A stretch of DNA of 64,000 nt from Octopus sinensis (lineage: Eukaryota), in NCBI RefSeq assembly GCF_006345805.1, contig NC_043001.1, positions 14,384,001-14,448,000 of the forward strand. The letters run 5' to 3'. Below the pieces are notes generated by a model. It saw only the letters and a list, made by a program, of their open reading frames with translations, had not been told where the DNA came from and did no database searches. The position numbers were made by a program, and so were the translations under genes. This document shows, one piece after another, positions 24,289 through 36,279 of the stretch (within the stretch, counting starts at the first letter, position 1; each line of letters begins with the position of its first letter).

Positions 24289-26474
24289 TTAGCCTTTTTG
24301 ATACCAACCCAACTGAAACCACCTTCAGCTCTGTAGTACAAATGTCTAGTTTTCACAAGTTATAAATTAAAATCTTCCACTAAACCTTAGTCACAATTTA
24401 TGTTCCTAACACTAGCTTAATGTTAAGTAAGTTATTTTACTAAATTCTTTGCTATATTTAAAATTAATTGAAAGAAACACAGAGCATCTCAACAGAAATA
24501 CGGCAACGAAAGGGTTAGCAAATGATGAATTTAACCCTTTTGATACCAACCTGACTGAAACCACCCCTGGCTCTGTAATACAAATGTCTAGTTTTCATAA
24601 GTTATAAATTAAAATCTTCCACTAAACCTTAGTCACAATTTATGTTCCTAACACTAGCTTAATGTTAAGTAAGTTATTTTACTAAATCTTTGCTATATTT
24701 AAAATTAATTGAAAGAAACACAGAGCATCTCAACAGAAATACGGCAACGAAAGGGTTAGCAAATGATGAATTTAACCCTTTTGATACCAACCTGACTGAA
24801 ACCATTTGATACCAACCTGACTGAAACCACCCCTGGCTCTGTAATACAAATGTCATGTTTTCAAAAGTTCTGAATTAAAATCTTCCACCAAACCTTAGTC
24901 ACAATTTATGTTCCTAACACTAGCTTAATGTTAAGTAAGTTATTTTACTAAATTCTTTGCTATATTTAAAATTAATTGAAAGAAACACAGAGCATCTCAA
25001 CAGAAATACGGCAACGAAAGGGTTAGCAAATGATGAATTTAACCCTTTTGATACCAACCTGACTGAAACCACCCCTGGCTCTGTAATACAAATGTCATGT
25101 TTTCAAAAGTTCTGAATTAAAATCTTCCACCAAACCTTAGTCACAATTTATGTTCCTAACACTAGCTTAATGTTAAGTAAGTTATTTTACTAAATTCTTT
25201 GCTATATTTAAAATTAATTGAAAGAAACACAGAGCATCTCAACAGAAATACGGCAACGAAAGGGTTAGCAAATGATGAATTTAACCCTTTTGATACCAAC
25301 CTGACTGAAACCACCCCTGGCTCTGTAATACAAATGTCATGTTTTCAAAAGTTCTGAATTAAAATCTTCCACCAAACCTTAGTCACAATTTATGTTCCTA
25401 ACACTAGCTTAATGTTAAGTAAGTTATTTTACTAAATTCTTTGCTATATTTAAAATTAATTGAAAGAAACACAGAGCATCTCAACAGAAATACGGCAACG
25501 AAAGGGTTAGCAAATGATGAATTTAACCCTTTTGATACCAACCTGACTGAAACCACCCCTGGCTCTGTAATACAAATGTCATGTTTTCAAAAGTTCTGAA
25601 TTAAAATCTTCCACCAAACCTTAGTCACAATTTATGTTCCTAACACTAGCTTAATGTTAAGTAAGTTATTTTACTAAATTCTTTGCTATATTTAAAATTA
25701 ATTGAAGAAACACAGAGCATCTCAACAGAAATACGGCAACGAAAGGGTTAGCAAATGATGAATTTAACCCTTTTGATACCAACCTGACTGAAACCACCCC
25801 TGGCTCTGTAATACAAATGTCATGTTTTCAAAAGTTCTGAATTAAAATCTTCCACCAAACCTTAGTCACAATTTATGTTCCTAACACTAGCTTAATGTTA
25901 AGTAAGTTATTTTACTAAATTCTTTGCTATATTAAAATTAATTGAAAGAAACACAGAGCATCTCAACAGAAATACGGCAACGAAAGGGTTAGCAAATGAT
26001 GAATTTAACCCTTTTGATACCAACCTGACTGAAACCACCCCTGGCTCTGTAATACAAATGTCATGTTTTCAAAAGTTCTGAATTAAAATCTTCCACCAAA
26101 CCTTAGTCACAATTTATGTTCCTAACACTAGCTTAATGTTAAGTAAGTTATTTTACTAAATTCTTTGCTATATTTAAAATTAATGAAAGAAACACAGAGC
26201 ATCTCAACAGAAATACGGCAACGAAAGGGTTAGCAAATGATGAATTTAACCCTTTTGATACCAACCTGACTGAAACCACCCCTGGCTCTGTAATACAAAT
26301 GTCATGTTTTCAAAAGTTCTGAATTAAAATCTTCCACCAAACCTTAGTCACAATTTATGTTCCTAACACTAGCTTAATGTTAAGTAAGTTATTTTACTAA
26401 ATTCTTTGTTAAATTTAAATTAATTGAAAGAAACACAGAGCATCTCAGAATAAATATGGTAACGAAAGGGTTAA
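24289..26474. repeat. Tandem array of 9 piggyBac-like MITE units, period 241-242 bp
   Basis: TTA(A/G)-CC starts at 24289, 24531, 24772, 25039, 25281, 25523, 25764, 26005, 26246; unit 3 carries a small internal duplication (267-bp period); array ends AAAGGG|TTAA at 26474. Confidence 0.95.
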
Positions 26475-26524
26475 TGTGATCTAAATTAAAGCCTAACTTG
26501 TTTCTTGTGTTTTTAGAAACATTT

Positions 26525-26880
26525 TTACTAGGAGGAGTGGATTCCCAGCCCTTTGGTTTGTGTGGATGGATGGAGTGAGGAAAGCTTTGGTGGTTAGAGA
26601 TGGTGGAGTGAGACAGGAAAGCTTGGAGAGTGTTCATGGATGGATGAGTGAATTGATGTTGCTCAAAGGGGGTATGGAACCAGCATGATGCAGCAGGGGT
26701 AAACCAGCATATGCTATTGAACCCTGCTGCTGATACTGGGGGTTGCTTTCTATGCATTGACCCGAGCATAGGACGGGGCTCCCCTCTTTGAGCTGGGAAA
26801 TGAATGGAATACCTGGTGTGTGTCTTGGTGCTGCTACACCCTCATATGAGGAATCTAAGCCCTGGTAGATAAAAAAAAAA
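26525..26880 (+). mobile_element. Possible RTE-like LINE 3' remnant
   Basis: RRSGFPALWFVWMDGVRKAL resembles the RTE GRPR.RWMDGV..AL motif; A-run at the end. Confidence 0.4.
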
Positions 26881-27057
26881 AATTAAAAGCCTTCTATTAT
26901 ATTTTCATGTTAATTTATGTTCTGAGCATCAGTTTCTTAATGGTTTCAAATTATGGCACAAGGCCAGCAATTTCTGGGTGAGGGAAATAGTTACATTGAC
27001 CCTAACACTTGGCTCATAATTTATTATATTATATTTTCTGAACTCAGAGCATAGTGG

Positions 27058-27470
27058 CAGACAAAATACCTATTTCTTTACTACCCACAAGGGGCTGAAC
27101 ATAGAGGGGACAAACAAGAACAGACAAACAGATTAAGTCGATTATATCGACCCCACTGCATAACTGGTACTTAATTTATCAACCCCGAAAGGATGAAAGG
27201 CAAAGTCGACCTCAGCGGAATTTGAACTCAGAACGTAATGGCAGACGAAATACCTATTTCTTTACTACCCACAAGGGGGCTGAACATAGAGGGTACAAAC
27301 AAGAACAGACAAACAGATTAAGTCGATTATATCGACTCCAGTGCATAACTGGTACTTAATTTATCAACCCCGAAAGGATGAAAGGCAAAGTCGACCTCGG
27401 CGGAATTTGAACTCAGAGCGTAGCGGCAGACGAAATACCGTGAAGCCTTTCGCCCGATGTGCTAATGATT
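27058..27470 (-). mobile_element. SINE-C dimer
   Basis: Two units joined at GACGAAATAC|CTATTTC. Confidence 0.85.
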
Positions 27471-27659
27471 CTATCAAAATTCCCCGTTAATTTACGTTCC
27501 AATCACCAACTTAATAATGGCCCAAGTTATTTTACTAATTAAAACAAAGGCAGTGTAATTTACAGAAATGCAGCAACAGAAGAATTAAAGATGGAGGTAT
27601 TTGTGATGCATTTTTTTTTCTGTGGAGTGGGGTGGGGTTCAGTCTGGAGAGAGAAGCAG

Positions 27660-27870
27660 CGTCTTCTGACTTTTGCTTTTGCAGAGCAACGAAGACCCAC
27701 GAGGTTGAATGCAGCCCATGTTCAGCTTGAGCATCTGTACGTCAACGACAACAGGAAGAATATAGGCAGGAAGGAAATTCCACAGGATTGGCATTCTGGA
27801 GAGGAAGAAGAAATGGGTATTGTGGTTAGTGCAGGCCCAGGGTGGGGTGGGGGAAGGAAGACATAGTATG
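27660..27870 (-). mobile_element. CR1/Jockey-group LINE C-terminal remnant
   Basis: TNHNTHFFFLSRMPILWNFLPAYILP resembles the SFFPRT..LWN.LP terminal motif of these LINEs. Confidence 0.6.
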
Positions 27871-28046
27871 GGTGATGAGACAAAGAGAGAGAGAGAGATG
27901 GCTGTAACAGGTGGGGCTAGGTGCAGATGGTATGCAAAAACTGGGACCATTGTAATAGTGGTAAACAAAACAGAGCAAGGACACTGCACATCTCTGGCAC
28001 TGAACCAGCTGGTTAAGACAACACAAGTCAAAGTTTTTTCTAACGA

Positions 28047-28450
28047 AGGCGCAGGAGTGGCTGTGTGGTAAGTAGCTTGCTTACCAACCACATGGTTCTG
28101 AGTTCAGTCCCACTGCGTGACACCTTGGAGCAAGTGTCTTCTACGATAGCCTTGTACCAACCAAAGCCTTGTGAGTGGATTTGGTAGACAGAAACTGAAA
28201 GAAGTCCGTTGTATATATGTATATATATGTGTGTGTGTGCGTGTATTTGTGTATCTGTGTCCCCCCCCCCAACATCGCTTGACAACCGATGCTGGTGTAT
28301 TTAGGTCCCCGTAACTTAGCGGTTCAGCAAAAGAGACCGATAGAATAAGTACTAGGCTTACAAAGAATAAGTCCTGGGGTCGATTTGCTCGACTAAAGGC
28401 GGTGCTCCATCATGGCCAGAGTCAAATGACTGAAACAAGTAAAAGAGTAA
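28047..28450 (+). mobile_element. SINE-B, full length
   Basis: Family match. Confidence 0.9.
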
Positions 28451-28531
28451 TCCAGGCCAATATCTTTTTTAATTTACCATATTTGGAACCAAATGACGTG
28501 TACTTTCATCAAAATCATCATCAACATCAGT

Positions 28532-28885
28532 GGAGGTGCAATGGCCCAGTGGTTAGGTCGGAGGATCGCGGTTTCAATTCCCAGACCGGGTGTTGTGTGT
28601 GTTTATTGAGCGAAAACACGTAAAGCTCCACGAGGCTCTGGCAGGGTGTGGTGGCGACCCCTGTTGTACTCTTTCGCCCCAACATTCTCTCACTCTTTCT
28701 TCCTGTTTCTTGTCCCCGACTTCCTACGCAACCGCTGAGCCTGGATGCGCATTCATCCATCCGTCGATGCTCTCGGTGTCAGGGGTTGACCTGCTTTCTC
28801 TTCTGCGGGTCTTACGAATAGCAAAGGACCACGTATCGGACTTCTCCCACTACGGACGAAGACCGCTTCGCTCAACAAACAAATC
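28532..28885 (+). mobile_element. SINE-A head with tail type iii
   Basis: Same head/centre as 1245-1546 and 39390, different 3' half (CCTACGCAACCGCTGAGCC...CAACAAACAAA). Confidence 0.7.
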
Positions 28886-29302
28886 ATCAACATCATTCAA
28901 TGATTATTTTTTATGCTTGTATAGGTTGGATGGTTCAACAGGAGCCGGCAAGCCAGAGGACTGCCCCAGGACCCAGGGTCTGCTTTAACATGGTCTCTAT
29001 AGCTGGATGTCCTTAATGCCAACCACTTAGTAACATGTAGCAGATGCTTTTTACCTGGCTCTAAAACACAATGTCAGGGTTTAGGTTACTGGCAAAAGAT
29101 GGCTCAAGAAAGGACCTGCCAAAACTGAGGGTGTCCTTTTTGCTTGTGTGCTTTATAAACTATTAAATACGGGACATCAATTATATATGACATCATTAGG
29201 ACCATTATTCCTGTGCTGATAACACTCGGCTGACACTATATGCTGGGAAGAAAACACTGGACTAACACTTTACCAATTTACACCAACTAGTAGTTGTGAT
29301 AC

Positions 29303-29846
29303 CTGTGCTGGTGGCACGTAAAAAACACCATCCGAACGTGACCGATGCCAGTGCCACCTTGACTGGCGTCCGTGCTGGTGGCATGTAAAAAGCACTGAAC
29401 TATCGTGGGTGCTGCTAGCGTCCTCTGGCCCCTGTGCTGGTGGCACGTAAAAAACACCATCCGAACGTGGCCAATACCAGCACAATCTTGACTGGCGTTA
29501 GTGCCGGTGGGACGTAAAAAGTACCAACCGATTGTGGATGTTGCCAGCCTCCTCTGGCACCTGTGCCGATGGCACGTAAAAAACACCCACTACACTCATG
29601 GAGTGGTTGGCGTTTGAAGGGTATCATCATCATCATCATCGTCGTTTAGCGTCCGTTTTCCATGCTAGCATGGGTTGGACGGTTCTACTGGGGTCTGTGA
29701 AGCCAGAAGGCTTCATCAGGCCAAAAACACTGCCAGATCAGATTGGAGCCTGGTGCAGCTTCCATGGCTTCCAGACCCCGGTCGAACCGTCCAACCCATG
29801 CTAGCATGGAAAACGGACGCTAAACGACGATGATGATGATGATGAT
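29303..29846 (+). mobile_element. RTE 3'UTR-derived insertion (5 motif copies) containing an antisense RTE tail at 29624-29721
   Basis: CATCATCATC...CCATGCTAGCATGG...GGCTTCATCAGGCC is the reverse complement of the RTE end seen at about 803-899. Confidence 0.85.
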
Positions 29847-29884
29847 AGTTGAGACAACACTTGAACATTACTTTTCTGACTTAT

Positions 29885-30068
29885 ATTAATTGGTCAGACA
29901 ACAGAAGACAACAGCCGGCTATTACCGGTAAAGGTTTTAGCTGCCAATTCTGTACAAGACATTGTAGATCTTTATAGCGGGGCTAAAAAGTCACATTCGA
30001 TCACAGCACCAATAACAGTTAAGCTTCGTGCAATGGCCAAACTTGATAACGAGGGGGCAGCCATAATA
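29885..30068 (+). mobile_element. RTE LINE 3' remnant (zinc-knuckle C-terminus)
   Basis: FSCQFCTRHCRSL/AGLKSHIRSQHQ* across one frameshift, then GGCAGCCATAAT end. Confidence 0.65.
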
Positions 30069-30157
30069 ATGTATGTACGTATGTATGTATGTATGTATGT
30101 ATGTATGTATATATATATGTATGTTTATTATACATACACACACACACACATATAGTT

Positions 30158-30330
30158 TAAAGATCCAATACAGGTAGAATCAACAAAAAAAAGGTACTCC
30201 ATCCAGTGAGAGATAAACATCAATGTAAATACACAACTGAAAGAGCTACTAACAGTTTCATACTTTTATGATACTTGCTCAGGCATATTTATAACAATAC
30301 ACCATGTGTCTCCAAGCAATCTTTTAGGCT
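30158..30330 (-). mobile_element. Penelope-like terminal fragment with decayed hammerhead (30243-30286)
   Basis: gc CTGAGCA agtat-cataaaa-gtat GAAA ct-gtt-ag TA gc, followed by a TCTCT...GAGTACC tail. Confidence 0.4.
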
Positions 30331-30688
30331 CTGTTTATGCGTTCCATATAAATTCTAAAAAAAACAGGGATGCTTGACATTGAGGAAATAAGAAAAAATG
30401 TAGAAAAAAACGCGAAGAAAATTGATGCATAAAAAAATGGAACTAGAAGAAGGAAACAAAATCAGGAAAACTAAAACCTCTGTCGTCCCTGACAGCAGAA
30501 ACCTCAATTCATACAGCTGGTATGGAATCAGAAATAACAGGAAATATAAATATATATATTTATTAATGTTAAGTAGAAGCAGCAGAGTGACTCAAGGGCT
30601 CAGAGTTTCGTGTTATATTCAGTTTCATGTGTTTATGGAACGAAAGCACCTAAAGTTCCACAAGACTCCGGGAGGGGGGGGTATATGT

Positions 30689-30961
30689 GGAGGCGCAATG
30701 GCCCAGTGGTTAGAGCAGCGGACTCACGGTTGTAGGATCGCGGTTTTGATTCCCAGACCGGACATTGTCTGTGTTTATTGAGTGAAAACACCTGAAGCTC
30801 CATGAGGCTCTGGAAGGGGCTGGTGGCGAACCCTGCTGTACTCTTTCACCTCAACTTTCTCTCATTCTTTCTTCCTGTTTCTGGTGTACCTGTATTTCAA
30901 AAGGGCCAGCCTTGTCACACTCTGTGTCATGCTGACTTTCCCCGAGAACTACGTTAAGGGT
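30689..30961 (+). mobile_element. SINE-A head with tail type ii, 3' truncated
   Basis: Match to 39390-39728. Confidence 0.8.
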
Positions 30962-31110
30962 GTAACGGTATCGAATTTTAGTTGTAACGGGAGAAATTGG
31001 TTTGTAAACAATATGAAGAAATGTTATGGTCAGCAGATGTTATTATAATTATTATTAGTTATTATAATTATTATAATTATTATAATTATAATTAGTTATT
31101 ATAATTGCAT

Positions 31111-31513
31111 ACTCTTTCACTTGTTTCAGTCATTTGACTGCGGCCATGCTGGAGCACCGCCTTTTAATCGAGCAACTCGACCCCGGGACTTATTCTTTTG
31201 TAAGCCCAGTACTTATTCTATCGATCTCTTTTGCCGAACCGCTAAGTAACGGGGACATAAACACACCAGCATCGGTTGTCAAGCAATGCTAGGGGGACAA
31301 ACACAGACACACAAACACACACATACATATACATATATATACATATATACGACGGGCTTCTTTCAGTTCCAGTCTACCAAATCCACTCACAAGGCTTTGG
31401 TCGGCCCGAGGCTATAGCAGAACACACTCGCCCATGGTGCCACGCAGTGGGACTGAACCCGGAACCATGTGGTTGGTAAACAAGCTACTTACCACACAGC
31501 CACTCCTGCGCCT
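31111..31513 (-). mobile_element. SINE-B, full length
   Basis: Family match; shares diagnostic TCCCGGGGTCGAGTTGCTCGATT with 16228-16721 and 31855-32056. Confidence 0.9.
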
Positions 31514-31554
31514 ACTGTAGGATGTGAAAGATGAACAATGCATGAAGTTTTAAG

Positions 31555-32056
31555 ATGGCGATGCTGGTTTGTTTACGCCCCTGAAACTTAGCAGTTTGGC
31601 AAAAGATACCAATAGAATGAGTACTAGGGTTATAAAGAAAACGTCCTGGGGTCGATTTCTTCGACTAAAAGCAGTGCTCCAGCATGGCTACAGTCAAATG
31701 ACTGAAACAAGTAAAAGAATAAAAGAATATATATATGGCTGTGTGGTAAGTAACTTGTTTACGACCCACATGGTTCCGGGTTCAGTCCCACTGTGTGGCA
31801 AGTGTCTTCTGCTATAGCCTCGGGCCGACCAAAACCTTGTGAGTGGATCTGGTAGACGGAACCCCCTAGCATTGCTTGACAACCGATGCTGGTGTGTTTA
31901 TGTCCCCGTCACTTAGAGGTTCGGCAAAAAGAGATCGATAGAATAAGTACTGGGCTTACAAAAGAATAAGTCCCGGGGTCGAGTTGCTCGATTAAAGGCG
32001 GTGCTCCAGCATGGCCGCAGTCAAATGACTGAAACAAGTAAAAGAGAGTAAAGAGT
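31555..32056 (+). mobile_element. Two adjacent partial or deleted SINE-B copies
   Basis: 3' half at 31555-31725, then an internally deleted copy at 31735-32056. Confidence 0.8.
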
Positions 32057-32548
32057 ATGTATACACACACACACACACACACAGAAAGTGCTTGTATAAA
32101 CAAAACGTGCACCCGCAATTGTATACAACCTTCATTTCCCAGATGTTGTGTCAGTGACCCTTTTACACTCCGCCCCGTCCCCCTTATTTTGTCTTGTGAC
32201 TAAATGTCTTATTTCCTTCCTCTTAACATCTTTCATCAGACATCTAAGTTCCTTTCTTTCCTCCTGGTTTTTTTCCCAACGCCCCCATCTTACGTACAGT
32301 CCACTTCCCTATCAACCTACACATACAACCACACACACACACATAAAAAGTTAGACACATCTATGTCAGTAAGGGACAGTATGAATGCATATACACACGC
32401 ACATACAAATTTAAACACATATACATACATATATGCACATATTTATAAAGATATAGAGAGAAGAGCAGTTAATAAAACCTAACTCCATGCGTGTAGAATG
32501 GCCGATGTTTTTAAATAAAACAAGGACATGATGTAAAGTGAGCGAGAT

Positions 32549-33452
32549 GAATGAAGTCTATCTTAAGGTCAGCATGGTTGATACAAAACTAGTTTCACGT
32601 TTAATGTACAAACTAAATAAATTAATTTAATTTAAATGCGGGAGTGGCTGTGTGGTGAGTAGCTTGCTTACCAACCACATGGTTCCGGGTTCAGTCCCAC
32701 TGCGTGGCACCTTGGACAAGTGTCTTCTACTATAGCCTCGGGCTGACCAAAGCCTTGTGAGTGGATTTGGTAGACGGAAACTGAAAGAAGCCTGTCGTAT
32801 ATCTGTATATACATATATGGCATACACCTTAAATTTCGTAACAAAAGGGTTACCAAATGATTAATTTAACTCTTTCGATACCAACCTGACTAAAACCACC
32901 TCAAATGTCTTGTTTTCATAAGTTCTGAATTAAAATCTTCCAGCAAACCTTACTCACAATTTATGTTCCTAACACTAGCTTAATGATAAATGAAGTCTAT
33001 CTTAGGTCAGTGTGGTTAATACTAAACTAGTTTCATGTTTAATGTACAAACTAAATAAATTAATTTAATTTAAATGCGGGAGTGGCTGTGTGGTGAGTAG
33101 CTTGCTTACCATCCACATGGCTCCAGGTTCATTCCCTTGGGCAAGTGTCTTCTACTATAACTTCATGTTGATCAAAGCCTTGTGAGTGGATTTCATAGAC
33201 GGAAACTGAAAGAAGCCCGTCGTATATATGTATATGTGTGTGTATTTATGTATTTGTGTTTGTCCCCTCCCTCACGTCGCTTGACAACCGATGCTGGTGT
33301 ATTTACGTCCCTGTAACATAGCGGTTCGGCAAAACAGACCGATACAATAAGTACTAGGCTTACAAAGAATAAGTACTGGGATCGATTTGTACGGCTAAAG
33401 GCGGTGCTCCAGCATGGCTACAGTCACTTGACTGAAACAAATAAAAGAGTAA
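32549..33452 (+). repeat. Local 440-bp-period duplication including a SINE-B head and a MITE junction fragment
   Basis: AATGAAGTCTATCTTA...ATTTAAATGCGGGAGTGGCTGTGTGG at about 32549 and 32989. Confidence 0.8.
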
Positions 33453-33510
33453 GTACATACTATGATCTTCAGTTCCATAATCCATATTTTGCGAAAAAAT
33501 ATGCATAACT

Positions 33511-33984
33511 TTAACCCTTTCAATACCAACCCAGCTGAAACCACCTCTGGCTCTTTAGTACAAATGTCTTGTTTTCATAAGTTTTGAATTAGAATCTTCC
33601 ACCAAACCTTAGTCACAATTTATGTCCCTAACACTAGCTGAATGATAACTAAGTTATTTTACAAAATTCTTTGTTATATCTAAAATTAATAGAAAGCAAC
33701 ACAGAACATCTCAACAGAAATATGATTTTAAAAAAAGGGTTAACAAATGACTAACTTAACCCTTTTGGTACCAACCCAACTGAAAACACCTCTGGCTCTG
33801 TAGTACAAATGTCTTGCTTTTATAAGTTTTGAATTAAAATCTTCCACCAAATCTTAGTCACAATTTATGTCCCTAACACTAGCTTCATGATAACTAAGTT
33901 ATTTTACTAAATTCTTTGTTATATTTAAAGTGATTGAAAGAAACCCAGAGCATCTCAAAATAAATACAGTAACAAAAAGGTTAA
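33511..33984. mobile_element. Dimer of the piggyBac-like MITE
   Basis: TTAA|33515-33739|TTAA, 12-bp spacer, TTAA|33760-33980|TTAA. Confidence 0.85.
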
Positions 33985-34057
33985 GATATATTTTACCTTC
34001 ATTTATCCAGATCAATTCGTAATTCAAGGTATACAATATTTTAAAATACTAAAGGAG

Positions 34058-34140
34058 AGAGAAGTCGTGCTTCTTCGTTTATATTTGGACACGCTTCTTA
34101 GGAGCGTGTTAGAATATGAATGAAGAAGCACGACTTCTCT
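34058..34140 (+). other. 83-nt near-perfect hairpin (40-bp stem, 3-nt loop)
   Basis: Manual pairing on +: 34 Watson-Crick, 5 G-U, 1 G-A. Confidence 0.8.
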
Positions 34141-34190
34141 TTTTTACATATAAGCAGATATACTTGCCAGATACATACAGACACATATAA

Positions 34191-34423
34191 GGCGGCAAGC
34201 TGGCAAAAACGTTAGTACGCCGGGCGAAATGCGTAGCCGTATTTCGTTTGCCGCTTACGTTCTGAGTTCAAATTCCGCCGAGATCGACTGTGCCTTTCAT
34301 CCTTTCAGAGTCGATTAAATTAAGTACCAGTTACGCACTGGGGTTGATATAATCGACTTAATCCGTGTGTCTGTCCTTGTTTGTCCCCTCTGTGTGTAGC
34401 CCCTTGTGGGCAGTAAAGAAATA
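34191..34423 (+). mobile_element. SINE-C monomer with 21-bp TSD
   Basis: AGATACATACAGACACATATA at 34169-34189 and 34424-34444. Confidence 0.9.
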
Positions 34424-34565
34424 AGATACATACAGACACATATATATACAACCATGCATGCACTTATCAGCATGAGACAATAACAGTTTTACATGCACAC
34501 ACACGCACACACAGAGAACAACTGAGGTGCATAATGAAATCACACATAAACACAGTCACCCCACC

Positions 34566-34607
<42 letters not shown>

Positions 34608-34843
34608 TAAGGTATGCAATAGGAAAAAAATCACATATACATACATACAGTGACAGACTGGGTCTAAAAATATTGGTTGCCAGGGAGACTAAGGGGTCCC
34701 ACCTACAACTATAACACTATCTTTTTTTTTTGTTAAAAGTATTCTTTTCAACTGTCTACAAACACAGCCAGGCTGAAATAATTAATGCATTCTTCCAGGA
34801 GAAGATTAAAAATGGCTTAATAGTATTTGTTCTGGTATTTTAA

Positions 34844-35146
34844 GCGGAGGTAAAGAATACGCACACCACCCGTTTTCGGCGTACCCTTAACTCTAACCCT
34901 AAACCCTAACCCGGCGGAGGTAAAGAATACGGACACCACCCGTTTTCGGCGTAACTTTAACTCTAACCTAAACCCTAACCCGGCGGAGGTAAAGAATACG
35001 GACACCACCCGTTTTTGGCATAACAAAACCCTAACCTAAACCGTAACCCTCGCCCTAACCCCTAACTCTAAACCCTAATCCTAAACCCTAATCCTAAACC
35101 CTAACCGTAACCCTAAATATCGGGTGTGCGTATGCTTTACCTTCGC
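34844..35146. mobile_element. TIR element with 69-70-bp tandem subunits and degenerate CCCTAA repeats
   Basis: GCGGAGGTAAAGAATACG at 34844, 34914, 34983; inverted copy CGGGTGTGCGTATGCTTTACCTTCGC at 35121-35146. Confidence 0.7.
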
Positions 35147-35646
35147 CTGTATTTTATGTTCTGAGTTCAAATCCCACTATGGTCTACGTGGGTGATAGAC
35201 TCAATCCAACTACCTTGCACCTCGGGTACTTATAGGAGTCTACCCTATTGTAAATATTTGACCCATCTCTGGTTAATGAATAACTTTCTCCCCCACCCCA
35301 TCCATCTAATTTTAGAGGCCGTGTAAAGAGGTTACGGGTATGTTACAGTCTTCTGTCTTGACTACAATATTGAAAAAAATAGCATGTCTACTACTTAGAA
35401 CTGTGTTCGAGATATTCACACTTCTTAAATAAAACGTCTTTCTCTCTCTTCTCCATCTCTCCTCTCTCTCTCTCTCTCACCCTCTCTCTTTTTCCTTCCT
35501 CTCTGAACCAATAGAGAAACCTCTATGCGGTAGCTCGACCTGCTGGACATAGTAGCCAAATTCCCTCCTTATTACGATCTGCTGTCTTGAGAAAAGAAAG
35601 TACACGTTTGATTACGTAGTATTACATATATTGAATGTGTGTGTAT

Positions 35647-35705
<59 letters not shown>

Positions 35706-36201
35706 TCCCTCCAACATCGCTTGACAACCGACGGTGGTGTGTTTACATCCCCGTCACTTAGCGGTTCGGCAAAGGAAACAGATAGAATAAGTCCTGGGGT
35801 CGATTTGCTCGACTAAAGACAAAAACTGGGAAAGAAAGAGAGACGGCACTGCCATAGCTGGAGAGCTTTTCATCAGGTCTGCCATGATGGAAATTTGGTT
35901 GCTATTTCTAGCAGCTAGAATGGGCATGTAACAGTTCCCACACACACACCTCGTTGGTTCGAGAAATTTCTCTCAATTCAATAACAGCATGTGATGTTAT
36001 AATATTTCACGTATATCACGAATAACTGTATGAGATAACAGAGCATATGATATCGTTCTACACACAGATGCAGGTGGAACTGCTGTAATATCACTTAACA
36101 GAACGAACGAACATGTAGTATCGCTGTAATACAATCGCATATATATATGAATGACACCGAAACTACATTGATAAGAAAGCATATTATAATGTTTTACTCA
36201 C

Positions 36202-36228
36202 ACGAGAAAATATCGTTGTATTTATCAG
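36202..36228 (-). CDS. Candidate 27-bp micro-exon (xDKYNDIFS in phase 1, or LINTTIFSR in phase 0)
   Basis: aatcttttattctgtag|CTGATAAATACAACGATATTTTCTCGT|gtgagt; splice signals only. Confidence 0.3.
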
Positions 36229-36279
36229 CTACAGAATAAAAGATTGTGTTGTGGGTATGAGATGAGATACAGGAAGGAC

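Noticed and set aside
25681-26200. Single-base deletions distinguishing inner array units
   Set aside because: All fall in short homopolymers and may be sequencing errors; not interpreted biologically.
24289-26474. CRISPR-like array (also the 62-bp, 169-bp and 184-bp arrays)
   Set aside because: Whole units repeat with no unique spacers, there are no cas genes, and the context is eukaryotic.
35040-35118. Relic of a true telomere or chromosome fusion
   Set aside because: Short, degenerate and enclosed by TIRs of a small element.
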